Assembly (NCBI GenBank): GCA_040217195.1
Contig: JAVJNR010000002.1
Span: 288,001-352,000, forward strand
DNA length: 64,000 bases
Direction: 5' to 3'
Source: Leptospiraceae bacterium
GTDB taxonomy: Bacteria > Spirochaetota > Leptospiria > Leptospirales > Leptonemataceae
Below, one piece after another: positions 47,202 through 57,527 of the stretch. The first letter of the stretch is position 1; each line of letters opens with the position of its first letter. The notes beneath the pieces are model-generated. The model searched no databases, had not been told where the DNA came from, and saw only the letters and a program-made list of their open reading frames with translations. The position numbers and the translations under genes were made by a program.

Positions 47202-48644
47202 ATGAGTCAGTTTAAGCAGGAAACCCCGTTACATCATCTCCAAAACCGGAGGCGGGTACCGGTACGGTCGACTTTGATTCCGGATATCAAAGTCGGAGCC
47301 GTCAGTTCGGTCTTCCCCTGGAAGATGGCAGCACTGATCGGCTTGATTCTCTGGCCATTTCTCCTATCTGCAGAGAATCAGCCTTCCCTTGGCTATGTAG
47401 ATGCACTGAACCTGGCCTTTGAGCATGCCCCGGAAGTGAAGCTGGCCCGGGCCGATCTTGCAATTGCAGAAAAAGAGACAGAAAAAGCTGACTCCCTGGT
47501 CTCTGAAGCGCCCTCCCTGGAGGCCTCCATTACTCGAGGAACCAGCAAAGACTCCATTGAAGCTCTAGATTACAATTATAGCGCCCAGGTGAACGGTAAG
47601 GAAGTGCCAGTGAAAGGTTGGGAGCTGGGTCTTTCGCAAAAAGTGGAACTTGGCGGTCAACGTGGGCTACGGCAGGACCAGAGGGATGCAGAACAGAAGT
47701 ATTATCAGGCTCGCTTCTCCGCAAGTCAATTGGAGGCCAGATCAAAAGCCAGGGAACTCTATATCCAGGCAGCGCTTCTTCAGGAATGGGAAGTGCACCT
47801 CAACGAGCACCTCAGTCGATTCTACAGATTGAAAGCAAGATTTGGCGGAGGCTACATCGATAGGCGATTGGGCAGCTACAGCCTGGTGGCACTAAACATG
47901 GGTATTCAGACGCTAAAATCCGAGCGCGATGAAGTATCGGTGCTTAAGCGAAAGCTTATACGTGAGCTTTCCCTTCTGGTTCATAATCCCGCCGATGACC
48001 TGGCTCTGGAAAACATTGAATCTATTAAGATGCCCTCATTGCCGCCGCTTCCCGAATTACAAACTGCCATGGAACAGCAGGGATCCACTTTAAAGGAACG
48101 AAGGGCTCAACTGGAAGCGAGAATGAAAGCTGCGGATCTGGAATCAAGGAAGCTCTGGCCATCTCCTTCAATCTTTCTCTTTGGAGGAGAAAGGACAGTA
48201 AACTCAGGCAACACTATCTCAGTATATCCGGGAAGTCGGGAATCCTATATGCGAGCCGGTATTCAATTCCCTCTGTCTTTTCTTGGTCCTGAAAACAAAT
48301 CTCCCGGGATCGCAAGGCTTGAGGCTCAAAAGGCACAGGTGGAGCTGGAGACTGAGACTTCCCGTGCTTCGCTCCGACTCAAGGCAGCGTACCAGAACTA
48401 CGAATCGTTCAAGAAGCAATATATACAGATGCATCTCTTTCTGACTCAGGCGGAACGGTTTCTTCCAGCTCTGGATCAGGCACTGATGGGAAGGAGAATC
48501 AGCTACTTTGAATTCTGGGGTGAACATGAGCGATACCATGCACTCTTCCAGAAGACACTGGATGTAAGGCTTAATGCAGCCAGGTCTCTCAGCGAAATTG
48601 AAATATTAACGGGCCGGGTCCTGGATTCAGAAGGGAGTAATTAA
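47202..48644 (+). CDS. TolC/CzcC family outer-membrane efflux protein
   Basis: A-x3-A-x3-P, LSQ-x-VE-x-GG-x-R, long helices, P-x-P, L-x2-LTG; start may be 47325. Confidence 0.75.
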   Translation: MSQFKQETPLHHLQNRRRVPVRSTLIPDIKVGAVSSVFPWKMAALIGLILWPFLLSAENQPSLGYVDALNLAFEHAPEVKLARADLAIAEKETEKADSLVSEAPSLEASITRGTSKDSIEALDYNYSAQVNGKEVPVKGWELGLSQKVELGGQRGLRQDQRDAEQKYYQARFSASQLEARSKARELYIQAALLQEWEVHLNEHLSRFYRLKARFGGGYIDRRLGSYSLVALNMGIQTLKSERDEVSVLKRKLIRELSLLVHNPADDLALENIESIKMPSLPPLPELQTAMEQQGSTLKERRAQLEARMKAADLESRKLWPSPSIFLFGGERTVNSGNTISVYPGSRESYMRAGIQFPLSFLGPENKSPGIARLEAQKAQVELETETSRASLRLKAAYQNYESFKKQYIQMHLFLTQAERFLPALDQALMGRRISYFEFWGEHERYHALFQKTLDVRLNAARSLSEIEILTGRVLDSEGSN

Positions 48645-48645
48645 G

Positions 48646-51600
48646 ATGATTATCAGATGGATTGAAGCTGCTACGCGAAACCCGGTCTGGGTATTATTTC
48701 TTCTTTCTTTGCTAGGTCTACTGGGGCTTCGCAGTGCCGTTCGCCTGCCCGTGGATGCTGTGCCAGATATTACCGGAGTGCAGGTCATGGTTGCAACCCA
48801 TACCGGGGCCATGGATCCAGAAGAAATCGAAACTACAGTAACCTATCCCATAGAGGCGGAGCTGGCCGGAATTCAGAATGTAACAGAGATTCGCAGTATT
48901 ACCAAATATGGACTGAGTCAGGTTAACGTTATCTTTTCGGATGCCATGGATGTGTATTTTGCAAGGCAATTGATTGCTGAGAGATTGCAATCTGTGGCTG
49001 CAACTCTGCCCGAGGGTCTGAAACCAGAAATGGGAGCTGTGACCACGGGACTTGGCGAGGTTGTAATGTATTCCGTGGAGGCCAGACCCGGCACGGAGCT
49101 GGCCGGAAAGCCCCCGGAAGAGAGGCTCAGATATCTGCGCACAATCCAGGAATGGGTTGTAAGACCTGTACTGAAAACAGTTCCGGGAGTTGCAGAGGTT
49201 GATTCGAACGGAGGTTACCAGAAAGCCATCTATATTCAATTCGATCCATCGCAGTTAATAGCTCAGGGGATAGGCCCCGTAGCTCTGGCACAATTACTTC
49301 AGGAATCCGGAATGAATCGTGGAGGCGGCTATATCGAGCGCGATGATCGAAGAATTATAGTGAAGAATAATGCACGATTCAAGAGTCTGGAAGAGATCAG
49401 GAACTTTCCGGTGCGAATCCATGCCATTGGAGCACCGGAAAAATTATCCGAGTTGGCCCGTGTGTCCGAAGGGAATCGGCCCAGGGTCGGTTCTGCAACT
49501 CATAACGGTGCTGAAACGGTGCTCGGGACGATTCTCATGCGAACCGGAGCCAATAGTAGAACTGTGGCGCATGAATCGGTCCAGAAGATCAAAACTCTGT
49601 CCTTGCCGGATGATGTAAAGGTGGAAGTGCTCTATGCCCGGAGCTATCTAGTTGATGCTACCATTCAGACTGTTGCCAAAAACCTTATCGAAGGCGGAGT
49701 CCTTGTAATCATCGTTCTGCTTCTTATAGCCGGAAACTTTCGGGCTGCGCTAATAGTTTCTCTGGCCATCCCTCTATCCATGCTGGCCGCTCTGATGGGA
49801 ATGGAGCAGATGGGAATTTCAGCGAATCTCATGAGTCTGGGAGCCATTGACTTTGGTCTCATTGTGGATGGTTCCGTTGTGGTCATTGAAAATATATTGC
49901 GGAAGATGGAAGATGAGCCAGAGGCTCTGGAGGAGAAAGGGAAATTCGCAGTCATTATGGAGGCCATGAAAGAGGTGACCGGACCGGTGCTCACCGGCTT
50001 GAGCATTATCATGATCGTCTATGTTCCTATTCTGTTGCTCACTGGAATAGAAGGAAAGATGTTTCGACCCATGGCCATCACGGTTCTACTGGCCCTGGCA
50101 GCTTCCCTGGTGATCGCTCTGCTGGTCATGCCTTCTCTGGCACTTCTATTTCTAAAGCCTCCCAGGCCGCATAAGGCCTCCCTTTTTCAGTACATCAGCA
50201 ATGCCTTTGAGCCTTTATTGCAATATTCAATTCGGCATCCGTATCGCATTACGTCGGGAAGTGTTGGAATTTTTGTTCTGTCGGTTTTACTGTTCTTTAC
50301 TCTTGGAGCGAACTTTCTGCCGGAATTCGATGAGAGGGACATGGTCATTGGGCTGACGCGAAACGCAGATATCAGCATGGATGCTACTCTGGAGCACCAG
50401 AAAAGAAGCGAGCAGGCCATAATGCAGTTTCCAGAAGTGGATACGGTGTTTTCCCGGATCGGAACACCGGAATCTGCAACCGATCCCATGGGAATCCACC
50501 TATCCGACACATTTGTCATCCTGAAGAAGGATTACGATGATTGGCCCCTGCGAAACGATGGAGAACGATACACAAAAAATGAATTATTCGATGCCATGAG
50601 TCAGGCCATCGAGAAGGCCTCTCCCGGGCAGGAGCATTCTCCAACCCAGCCCATTGCTATGCGATTCAACGAAATGTTGGAAGGATCCAGAGCGGATCTA
50701 TCGTTACGAATCTTTGGTCCCGATCTGAAGATGTTGATGAAATATATCCAGGTTTCGGAAGATATCTTGAAAGACATAGATGGTGTAGTGGAGGTTAGTG
50801 CCGATGCACTGACAGCCCTTCGTCAGAGCCCGGTTCTGGAATTCAGACCTCGTCCCCAGGATATGACTTACTGGGGAATCGATTCGTCGGGTATTGGGCA
50901 GGCATTTGAAATCTCCATGGCAGGCCATGAGATCGCAAGCTTCTACGAGCTTGACCGGCGATTTCCGATCATATTGAGCATGCGCGATGATTACAGAAAC
51001 GATATGAATCGTGCGGCTAGATTGCCGGTGGATTTACCGGATGGAGGAGTTGTTCCTCTCTCGGATGTTGCCAATTTGCAGCTAATGGAGCAGGTTACCA
51101 CAATATCAAGAATCAATTCCAGAAGGTACTCCAGTCTGGCTATCTATATTCAGGACAGGGATGTGGAATCGGTAGTGGAAGAAGCTGACAAGCGAATTCG
51201 CGAAAAGCTGGATCTGCAGGGGGACTTCTCCATTGAGTGGGCCGGTCAGTACAAGAACTTGCAGCGAGCCCGGTTGCGAATACTGATGATAATTCCGCTA
51301 ACTCTAATTCTTATCTTTCTGCTTCTGTATCAAAGCCTGAAAAGTTTAAAACAGACCTTGCTGGTACTCAGTTGTATTCCTATGGCAATTTCAGGAGGCA
51401 TTCTTTTGCTCTGGTTGCGTGACATACCGTTTAGCGTTTCTGCATCTGTGGGGATGATTGCACTTTCCGGAATTGCAATCCTGAACGGAACGGTACTGGT
51501 TAATTTCTTTAACGATCTCAGGCGAAGCGGACATTCGGTGCTTGATTCTGTATTTCGAGGTACCCTGATTCGATTGCGTCCGGTTCTGATGACCGGACTT

Positions 51601-51771
51601 GTAGCGGGCCTGGGCTTCATTCCCATGGCTTTCAACTCCGGTACCGGCGCCGAGGTTCAAAGGCCTCTGGCTACTGTAGTGGTAGGAGGATTGATCACAG
51701 CAACTATTCTAACCCTGTTTGTAGTTCCAGCGCTGTACTATCGCCTGGAAAGAAAGCACGATGATCATTAG
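48646..51771 (+). CDS. CusA/CzcA family heavy-metal efflux RND permease
   Basis: DAVPDIT-x2-QV, E-x3-TYPIE, NLMSLGAIDFG-x-IVDG-x-VV-x-IEN, EGKMF-x-PMA, RLRPVLMT, GAEVQRPLA. Confidence 0.93.
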   Translation: MIIRWIEAATRNPVWVLFLLSLLGLLGLRSAVRLPVDAVPDITGVQVMVATHTGAMDPEEIETTVTYPIEAELAGIQNVTEIRSITKYGLSQVNVIFSDAMDVYFARQLIAERLQSVAATLPEGLKPEMGAVTTGLGEVVMYSVEARPGTELAGKPPEERLRYLRTIQEWVVRPVLKTVPGVAEVDSNGGYQKAIYIQFDPSQLIAQGIGPVALAQLLQESGMNRGGGYIERDDRRIIVKNNARFKSLEEIRNFPVRIHAIGAPEKLSELARVSEGNRPRVGSATHNGAETVLGTILMRTGANSRTVAHESVQKIKTLSLPDDVKVEVLYARSYLVDATIQTVAKNLIEGGVLVIIVLLLIAGNFRAALIVSLAIPLSMLAALMGMEQMGISANLMSLGAIDFGLIVDGSVVVIENILRKMEDEPEALEEKGKFAVIMEAMKEVTGPVLTGLSIIMIVYVPILLLTGIEGKMFRPMAITVLLALAASLVIALLVMPSLALLFLKPPRPHKASLFQYISNAFEPLLQYSIRHPYRITSGSVGIFVLSVLLFFTLGANFLPEFDERDMVIGLTRNADISMDATLEHQKRSEQAIMQFPEVDTVFSRIGTPESATDPMGIHLSDTFVILKKDYDDWPLRNDGERYTKNELFDAMSQAIEKASPGQEHSPTQPIAMRFNEMLEGSRADLSLRIFGPDLKMLMKYIQVSEDILKDIDGVVEVSADALTALRQSPVLEFRPRPQDMTYWGIDSSGIGQAFEISMAGHEIASFYELDRRFPIILSMRDDYRNDMNRAARLPVDLPDGGVVPLSDVANLQLMEQVTTISRINSRRYSSLAIYIQDRDVESVVEEADKRIREKLDLQGDFSIEWAGQYKNLQRARLRILMIIPLTLILIFLLLYQSLKSLKQTLLVLSCIPMAISGGILLLWLRDIPFSVSASVGMIALSGIAILNGTVLVNFFNDLRRSGHSVLDSVFRGTLIRLRPVLMTGLVAGLGFIPMAFNSGTGAEVQRPLATVVVGGLITATILTLFVVPALYYRLERKHDDH

Positions 51772-51885
51772 TCCAGTGGAGGGTCTGCTTAAACGAAGTG
51801 GGCGAGAGGGAAAGATGAAGTGTAGAATCCAAACAGAACTTCGGAGGCAGTGGCTCAATCCGTCACTGCACCGGGGACAGGATAG

Positions 51886-51905
51886 GAGAGGCCCGGGGGC
51901 CTCTC
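51886..51905. terminator. GC-rich hairpin between convergent RND and HU genes
   Basis: GAGAGGCC-CGGG-GGCCTCTC. Confidence 0.5.
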
Positions 51906-51920
51906 ATCCGGTGGAAAGGC

Positions 51921-52328
51921 TTACCAGTTCTTTTTATTGGAGAATGTTTCTTTCAAGCTCTTGGGAAAGGACCATCGGGGTTTCTTGCTGGCCGGCCGCG
52001 CCGCTACCATCATTTCTTCTCCGGTGAAAGGATTCATTTGCTTGCCTGCTTTTCTGGCCTTCACTTCGCTTCGAACCAGAGCGCCAATTGCGGGGAAGCG
52101 AACTCTTTGACCACCGGCGGCTGCCTTGCCCGCACGCTCAAAGCTGGATTCCAGAGCAGATTTCAAATCGGTTTTTTTGATTTTCGCCTGGCCCTTCTTG
52201 TCCACCTGGATTACTTCATGAAGCTCTTCCAGAAGATCGTCTATGAATGAATACTTTCCGTTGGAGGATGCCTTCGTAGCACCTCTTGTTGTTTTCTTTG
52301 CAGATTTCTTCGCTGCTTTCTTTGCCAT
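51921..52328 (-). CDS. HU/IHF family DNA-binding protein with Lys/Ala-rich N-terminal tail
   Basis: G-x2-V-x-F-x2-IG, AR-x-A...NPFTGE, ARPAS-x-K-x-R-x-S-x-PK-x-LKE. Confidence 0.85.
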   Translation of the reverse strand: MAKKAAKKSAKKTTRGATKASSNGKYSFIDDLLEELHEVIQVDKKGQAKIKKTDLKSALESSFERAGKAAAGGQRVRFPAIGALVRSEVKARKAGKQMNPFTGEEMMVAARPASKKPRWSFPKSLKETFSNKKNW

Positions 52329-52469
52329 AATCGGTGATTAATGCGACATAATCTGATGTGTCCAGTAAAAATAGAAGGTTGCATGCAAAAATACCCGGAG
52401 CGGGCGGAAAATGCCTATTTTTGCCGGTTTTTTGCATTACAGGCGCATCCAGAACGTCCAAGCATAGAT

Positions 52470-53945
52470 ATGAGATACTTGAAGAGAGACTTTTTGACAC
52501 ATAGATTTCCAACCGCGATGCTCCTATTCGTTGGTGTAATTCTCATGGGTACAACGGTTGCCCTGGCTCGTACCTTGAATTCCGGTCCGGGGCAGGCGCC
52601 AGACTCGCAATCTCCTGATGAAGTCTCTTCTGCATCCTGGTTTTTCTCCACTCGTGGTCTGCAGGTTGACCTCCAGGGAAGAAAGTCTGTGGCTCAATTC
52701 TATCGGGATCACTATGTACCCTATGGGAAGGTAGTGAACCAATGGTCTGGAAGTACAGCCAACTGTAAGGTGGGAAAGAACAGTGATGCCTACGACGAAG
52801 CCACGCTGCAGAACTTGAAATTCTATCGTGCCATGGCAGGAGTGCCCACCGATATCAGTTTCGCAGAGAAATACAACCAAAAGGCCCGGGCGGCAGCCTT
52901 GATGATGGATGCAAAAGGTGATCTCAGTCATGGTCCGGGTACGAACTGGCCCTGCTATAGCCCGGAAGGCAAAGAGGGAGCTGGATCGTCAAATTTGTGT
53001 CTGGGCTGCGTTGGACCGAGCGCGATAGATGCCTATGTCCGGGACTCTGGCGTGACCGGTGTTGGTCATCGACAGTGGGCCCTGCATCCCAGACAGAGGA
53101 TTCTCGGTAACGGTAGTAGTGCCCGAGCCAATGCTCTTTACGTCTTTGGAGATTGGCGTCCGGAAGAGGAAGTCCAACACATAAGAAAAGTAGCCTGGCC
53201 GCCTGAGGGGTTTGTTCCCTATCGGCTTGGGCTGGACTCTCAATATCCCTGGTCCTATACAGTTTTTACAGAGAACTCAGATCTAAGCAAGGCGAAAGTT
53301 CAGCTGACCATGAATGGAAGACAGGTACCTGTGCGACAGGAAGAAGGCCGTCGGGATTTGCTTGTTTGGTATCCAACAGGGTTGCAGCGCGCCTCCCACC
53401 AGAATGATTATAATCGTCCTGCGAATGATGTGGAGATTCGCGTCGTAATAAACAATGTTGTCATAGAGGGCAAAACTACGTCCGTGGAGTACAATGTAAT
53501 TTTCATTGATCCAGAAGCTGTCTTACGAGAAGAGAATTCGGAAGAATTGAATCCGGAAGTGGACACCAACGTGGATCCGGAGACGGAAACAGACAATGAA
53601 ACTCAGGTGGCTATAGATTCCACCCTGAATACTTCCTTACTTCAGGCAATTTACCAGGGAAAGACTAAAGAGGCTCTGGATTTGCTTTCCCGGGGTGCGG
53701 ATCCCAATGCGCGATACGAACAGAGATGGACTGCACTTATGTATGCAGCCTATTACGGGCATTCAGAGATCGTGAAGGATTTGCTGCGCCGGGGAGCCGA
53801 TGCATCGGTTAAACTGGAAGGCTGGGATGCACGTGCCATGGCAACGGCTCAGGGACACGATAAAATTGCAGCAATGATTTCTGAAAAGACGAGTAATACT
53901 CTGGAAATTCCAGGCAGACGCGGACTTACTCTTCCAGCTCCGTAG
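52470..53945 (+). CDS. Exported CAP/SCP domain protein with C-terminal ankyrin repeats
   Basis: N-x2-FYR-x-MAG, LSH, SNL, GHR-x-W-x-L, AWP; C-terminal GADPN, TALM-x-AA-x2-GH. Confidence 0.78.
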   Translation: MRYLKRDFLTHRFPTAMLLFVGVILMGTTVALARTLNSGPGQAPDSQSPDEVSSASWFFSTRGLQVDLQGRKSVAQFYRDHYVPYGKVVNQWSGSTANCKVGKNSDAYDEATLQNLKFYRAMAGVPTDISFAEKYNQKARAAALMMDAKGDLSHGPGTNWPCYSPEGKEGAGSSNLCLGCVGPSAIDAYVRDSGVTGVGHRQWALHPRQRILGNGSSARANALYVFGDWRPEEEVQHIRKVAWPPEGFVPYRLGLDSQYPWSYTVFTENSDLSKAKVQLTMNGRQVPVRQEEGRRDLLVWYPTGLQRASHQNDYNRPANDVEIRVVINNVVIEGKTTSVEYNVIFIDPEAVLREENSEELNPEVDTNVDPETETDNETQVAIDSTLNTSLLQAIYQGKTKEALDLLSRGADPNARYEQRWTALMYAAYYGHSEIVKDLLRRGADASVKLEGWDARAMATAQGHDKIAAMISEKTSNTLEIPGRRGLTLPAP

Positions 53946-54012
53946 GCCTGGTCATGCACGTAGACTGTATCTGAATTCTACGTTGACCAGCGCGAGCTAC
54001 CAGCCACAATTG

Positions 54013-54034
54013 AGCCAGCTATTGCTGGCTTTAT
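54013..54034 (+). terminator. Probable terminator after the CAP/ankyrin gene
   Basis: AGCCAGC-TATT-GCTGGCT followed by TTAT. Confidence 0.45.
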
Positions 54035-54043
54035 ATCGCGGGC

Positions 54044-55045
54044 TCAAGGAGTGATCAGTACCTTTCCGCCGCTCATTATTTCTGTATAATCTCTCACCGC
54101 CTGCTGGCCTTCTTCCAGGGAATATCGCTTCCTTACATCAGACTTCAGTTCGGTCTTGAGCATCTTCTGTACTTTTCGGGATAGTCGGATGATGCTCAAA
54201 GCTCCTCTGGAGGCAAGATAGCTGGAAAGCCAGTAACCATGAATGGTCTGGCCTTGAAAAATCAGACTGCCCGGATGTACTTCGCAGGCTGTACCGGCCA
54301 GACCACCATATACGATTACATGAGATCCGGTGGGCATACAGCTGGCCATAGTTCCGGTCATTTCGCCTCCCACAGCATCAAAGGCGACTCGGGCATTGAG
54401 TTTTTTGGCCCGAATTGTTAACTCTCTTTGAAAATTGGAATCTTTACTGATCAGGACATTCTCAAAGCCCTGATTACTCAGAGATTCCCATTGATCTTCT
54501 CTTCGCACAATATCGATTACTTGCAGGCCCTTTTTTCTGGCCAGGCGATGGATCATTTGCCCCAGGGCCCCCGCAGCAGCGGTCTGAATAATGGATCGGC
54601 TACCCAATTTTTCAGCCCATTCAATAAGGCTCCAGGCTGTAAGAGGGTTAACGATGGTCATGGAGCCCTGCTCAAGCTCAATGTCCTTCCTTAAAGGCAG
54701 GCAAAGTTTGGCCGAGGTCTTCATATACTGGGCCCAGGTACCGTCTCCGTCCTGAGAAGAGGTGCATGCGACGTTTTTGCCCTTCAGATAATTTGCATAG
54801 AAACCGCCACCGCTGGCGACCACCGTTCCAGACGCTTCAAAGCCGGGAATGCAGGGCAATTTCTTTTTGATTCCGTAATGTCCGCGAAGGAATGATAGAT
54901 CCGAAGGATTGATCGGCGAAGCTGCGATTTTGATCAAAACCTCTCCCTTCTTGAGTTCTGGCTTTTGTTTCTCGACCACATGAAACGTGGGTAGCTCTTC
55001 TGTGTACTCTCTAAGTTCCAGGGCTTTGTAGGTATCGGGGATCAT
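54044..55045 (-). CDS. Medium-chain dehydrogenase/reductase (quinone oxidoreductase/enoyl reductase-like)
   Basis: PINPSD, PGFE-x-SG-x-V, GTWA-x-Y, VNPLTA, AA-x-G-x-LG, DAVGG, GKVL. Confidence 0.88.
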   Translation of the reverse strand: MIPDTYKALELREYTEELPTFHVVEKQKPELKKGEVLIKIAASPINPSDLSFLRGHYGIKKKLPCIPGFEASGTVVASGGGFYANYLKGKNVACTSSQDGDGTWAQYMKTSAKLCLPLRKDIELEQGSMTIVNPLTAWSLIEWAEKLGSRSIIQTAAAGALGQMIHRLARKKGLQVIDIVRREDQWESLSNQGFENVLISKDSNFQRELTIRAKKLNARVAFDAVGGEMTGTMASCMPTGSHVIVYGGLAGTACEVHPGSLIFQGQTIHGYWLSSYLASRGALSIIRLSRKVQKMLKTELKSDVRKRYSLEEGQQAVRDYTEIMSGGKVLITP

Positions 55046-55097
55046 AATGGCTCCTTGTAGGCCGATCCTTGAGAAAAACCCCTGAGATGCAAGGACC

Positions 55098-57527
55098 TCA
55101 GGAATTTTTTTCTGCTTCTGGAATCATTCGGCCATAGTAGGCCAGCATATCAGGCTGAACGCTCAGTATCTTGTTTCGGTCATCGCGAATTAGTTTTCGC
55201 GAACGAAGATCCTTTCTGCCGCGCCTCAGGATCTTGCCTGGATCTGTGGTAGAATAGTTTAAACGATTTTTCTGGATGAACTGTGCGATCTGCTTTTCAG
55301 CTTCTTTAAGGTCCAGGGAACCTTCGTTTTCTGTAAGCAATCGAGCCAGAATGAAATGTGGTTGGACGCGAAAATTTCGTCTCCAGGAAGAGAGGATGGC
55401 ATCGGAAACCGCAGCTGTGGGGTCGCTACTTTTAATGTGATTGCTGATTAGAATGGGCCGGCCAAAATCCAGGTAAACCTTTCGTCTTCTTCTTACAAAT
55501 CGCATGAAGGATGTATTGGGAGTCAGATTGTTGAATTCCAGGTCCTCCGGAATCCATTTATGGCTGATTGCCATGGGCACTACTATGATTTCCTGGCCGG
55601 AACTTCTGAAGGCGTCTACAGCCGTAGAAAGTAGTCCGGTCTTAATTCCCTGGAAATTTCCATTTCTGCTTCTGGTTCCCTCGGGATAGGCAAGTGCAGG
55701 AATGCCGGCCTCCAGCATTAGAATGGAATACTGAGTCAATGTTTCTAGATAAAGTATGTTTCGCGTGTTTTCGCGGTCCACGGAATAAGCACCCATGGAC
55801 TTCAGGAATTTTCCCCAGAGAGGATTGCTCATCAGAATACTGGCCGCGGCGAATCTGGGCAATGGAAGGCGGCTGAGGTACAATGCATAGGCCAGCTCTA
55901 CGGAATCGATATGAGTCTTATGAGTCGGTGCATAAAAAACCGGATAATAGTTGGCCAACCGGCGTACTTCTGCCACCGGACCGCCGATTACAGGAGCCAC
56001 AGACCCCCTCTGGAATCCGCCCAGTACGAATCTAAAGGGAGCGATTATATTCATTAGAGTGCCGCGAATTACCGGCACATAGCTGTCCGCAATATTGGAC
56101 ACATAGAATTCAACAATTCGATCCAGATGTATTGTTTCGCTTTCTTCCGGCGATGCAGCAAGTCCTCTCCATAGTTCCAGTTCTTTGCGAAAGTTGGCAG
56201 CATCATTCTTCAGTCGTCTGCGCTCGGCTTTCTGAACTCTCTTTTCCAGCGAAGATATAACATGCCCGGATTGCTTCTTAATTCTTGCCTGCATTCCTCG
56301 AGTACTGGAAATCTCTCGCAGGATTCGCTCCTGCAAGGCCTGGCCCAGGGCTTTACCCGAAGTAATCAGATCCAGCCTGGCTCGTTTCTTGGTTACAGGG
56401 ATGGCCGTGTTTGTATTCAAACCTGTGAGCTGGTCCACAAATGCGTTGGGAGATTGCCTTCTTGAAAGAATATCAAATAGAGTCTGAAACAATGGTAGTT
56501 CGACGCTCTTTTCTTTTGCTATGTCGAGAACGGTGCTGATGGTAAGTCCGCCTTCATGTAATTCCCGGCTCTGGTGCACTTCCCGTTCAATGAAGCGGCC
56601 CGGGAAGAGTAGTAGTTCGATTCGTTCCAGAAAATCCGGTTCGATCTCACCGGACTGAATTCTTTCCATGAATCGCCGACCATAGCTTCTGTTTCGACTA
56701 TCCGGACTGAATGCATTGGCTGCCAGATCAGAAAGCCCCGATCGACCCATCAAAGTTTCTGGCCGCGCCCCCAGAGCTGTGCCCAGTCGCATGATTTCAT
56801 TGAATCCTTTGCCTACCAGTTCGCCTTTGAAGGAGGATCCTGCATCGGGAAGAAAGTCAGCCATACCGCTTATGATTGCTACTGGATTTTTTAGAATACC
56901 TCCCAGCTCTACTCCAACCATGTCCTTGCTTCGCTCCCAGTGCAGATGGGGGGCCTCAAAGAGTTTTTCGACCAGGGTTTGCATCTCGGGTTCTTTGCTT
57001 CCTACGGCGAAAAAGCAGTGCCTTCCGGCATGGAGGTCCGCAAGCAAACTTGGACCAGTGGCCACGGCAACATGGGACTGTAGCTGATAGGCCTCCATGG
57101 CCCGGGCCAGAAATTCACTGAATGTTGCCACCTGGTATTTTCGGCGACCGACCGATGACAGAAATCCCTTCGAAAATGTAATAATTGCATGTTGATTCGT
57201 GCGATTCATGTGGGTTACCACATGCTCATGCACTTCTTCGAATTGGCGGGCCGGAACAACGGAGGCTATAAAATGGGACCCTTGCTGGAAGAGGCGGTAA
57301 CCTGATACGATTCGGACATTGGACGGAATTTCAAAGTCCAGGTTAAGCAGTCGTATGTGTTTTCTTCCGGACCATTGATGGGCCATGGAAGACTCCGGTA
57401 ACCAGAGAAGAACCCGTTCCACATTCTTGGCCAGGATGGCTGCAAGCATCAGTCCCATAGGACCTCCGCCCATTACAGTGTAGTGATCAAAGGTTGCAGG
57501 TATATGTTGATTAATTTCTTCGCTCAT
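55098..57527 (-). CDS. Fusion of GpsA-like glycerol-3-phosphate dehydrogenase and PlsB/PlsC-type glycerolipid acyltransferase
   Basis: N-terminal GGGPMG, SKG, GPS, GVELGG-x-LKN, GL-x-DL, SRN; C-terminal H-x4-D (HKTHID), GAY-x-V-x-R, PEGTRS. Confidence 0.85.
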   Translation of the reverse strand: MSEEINQHIPATFDHYTVMGGGPMGLMLAAILAKNVERVLLWLPESSMAHQWSGRKHIRLLNLDFEIPSNVRIVSGYRLFQQGSHFIASVVPARQFEEVHEHVVTHMNRTNQHAIITFSKGFLSSVGRRKYQVATFSEFLARAMEAYQLQSHVAVATGPSLLADLHAGRHCFFAVGSKEPEMQTLVEKLFEAPHLHWERSKDMVGVELGGILKNPVAIISGMADFLPDAGSSFKGELVGKGFNEIMRLGTALGARPETLMGRSGLSDLAANAFSPDSRNRSYGRRFMERIQSGEIEPDFLERIELLLFPGRFIEREVHQSRELHEGGLTISTVLDIAKEKSVELPLFQTLFDILSRRQSPNAFVDQLTGLNTNTAIPVTKKRARLDLITSGKALGQALQERILREISSTRGMQARIKKQSGHVISSLEKRVQKAERRRLKNDAANFRKELELWRGLAASPEESETIHLDRIVEFYVSNIADSYVPVIRGTLMNIIAPFRFVLGGFQRGSVAPVIGGPVAEVRRLANYYPVFYAPTHKTHIDSVELAYALYLSRLPLPRFAAASILMSNPLWGKFLKSMGAYSVDRENTRNILYLETLTQYSILMLEAGIPALAYPEGTRSRNGNFQGIKTGLLSTAVDAFRSSGQEIIVVPMAISHKWIPEDLEFNNLTPNTSFMRFVRRRRKVYLDFGRPILISNHIKSSDPTAAVSDAILSSWRRNFRVQPHFILARLLTENEGSLDLKEAEKQIAQFIQKNRLNYSTTDPGKILRRGRKDLRSRKLIRDDRNKILSVQPDMLAYYGRMIPEAEKNS

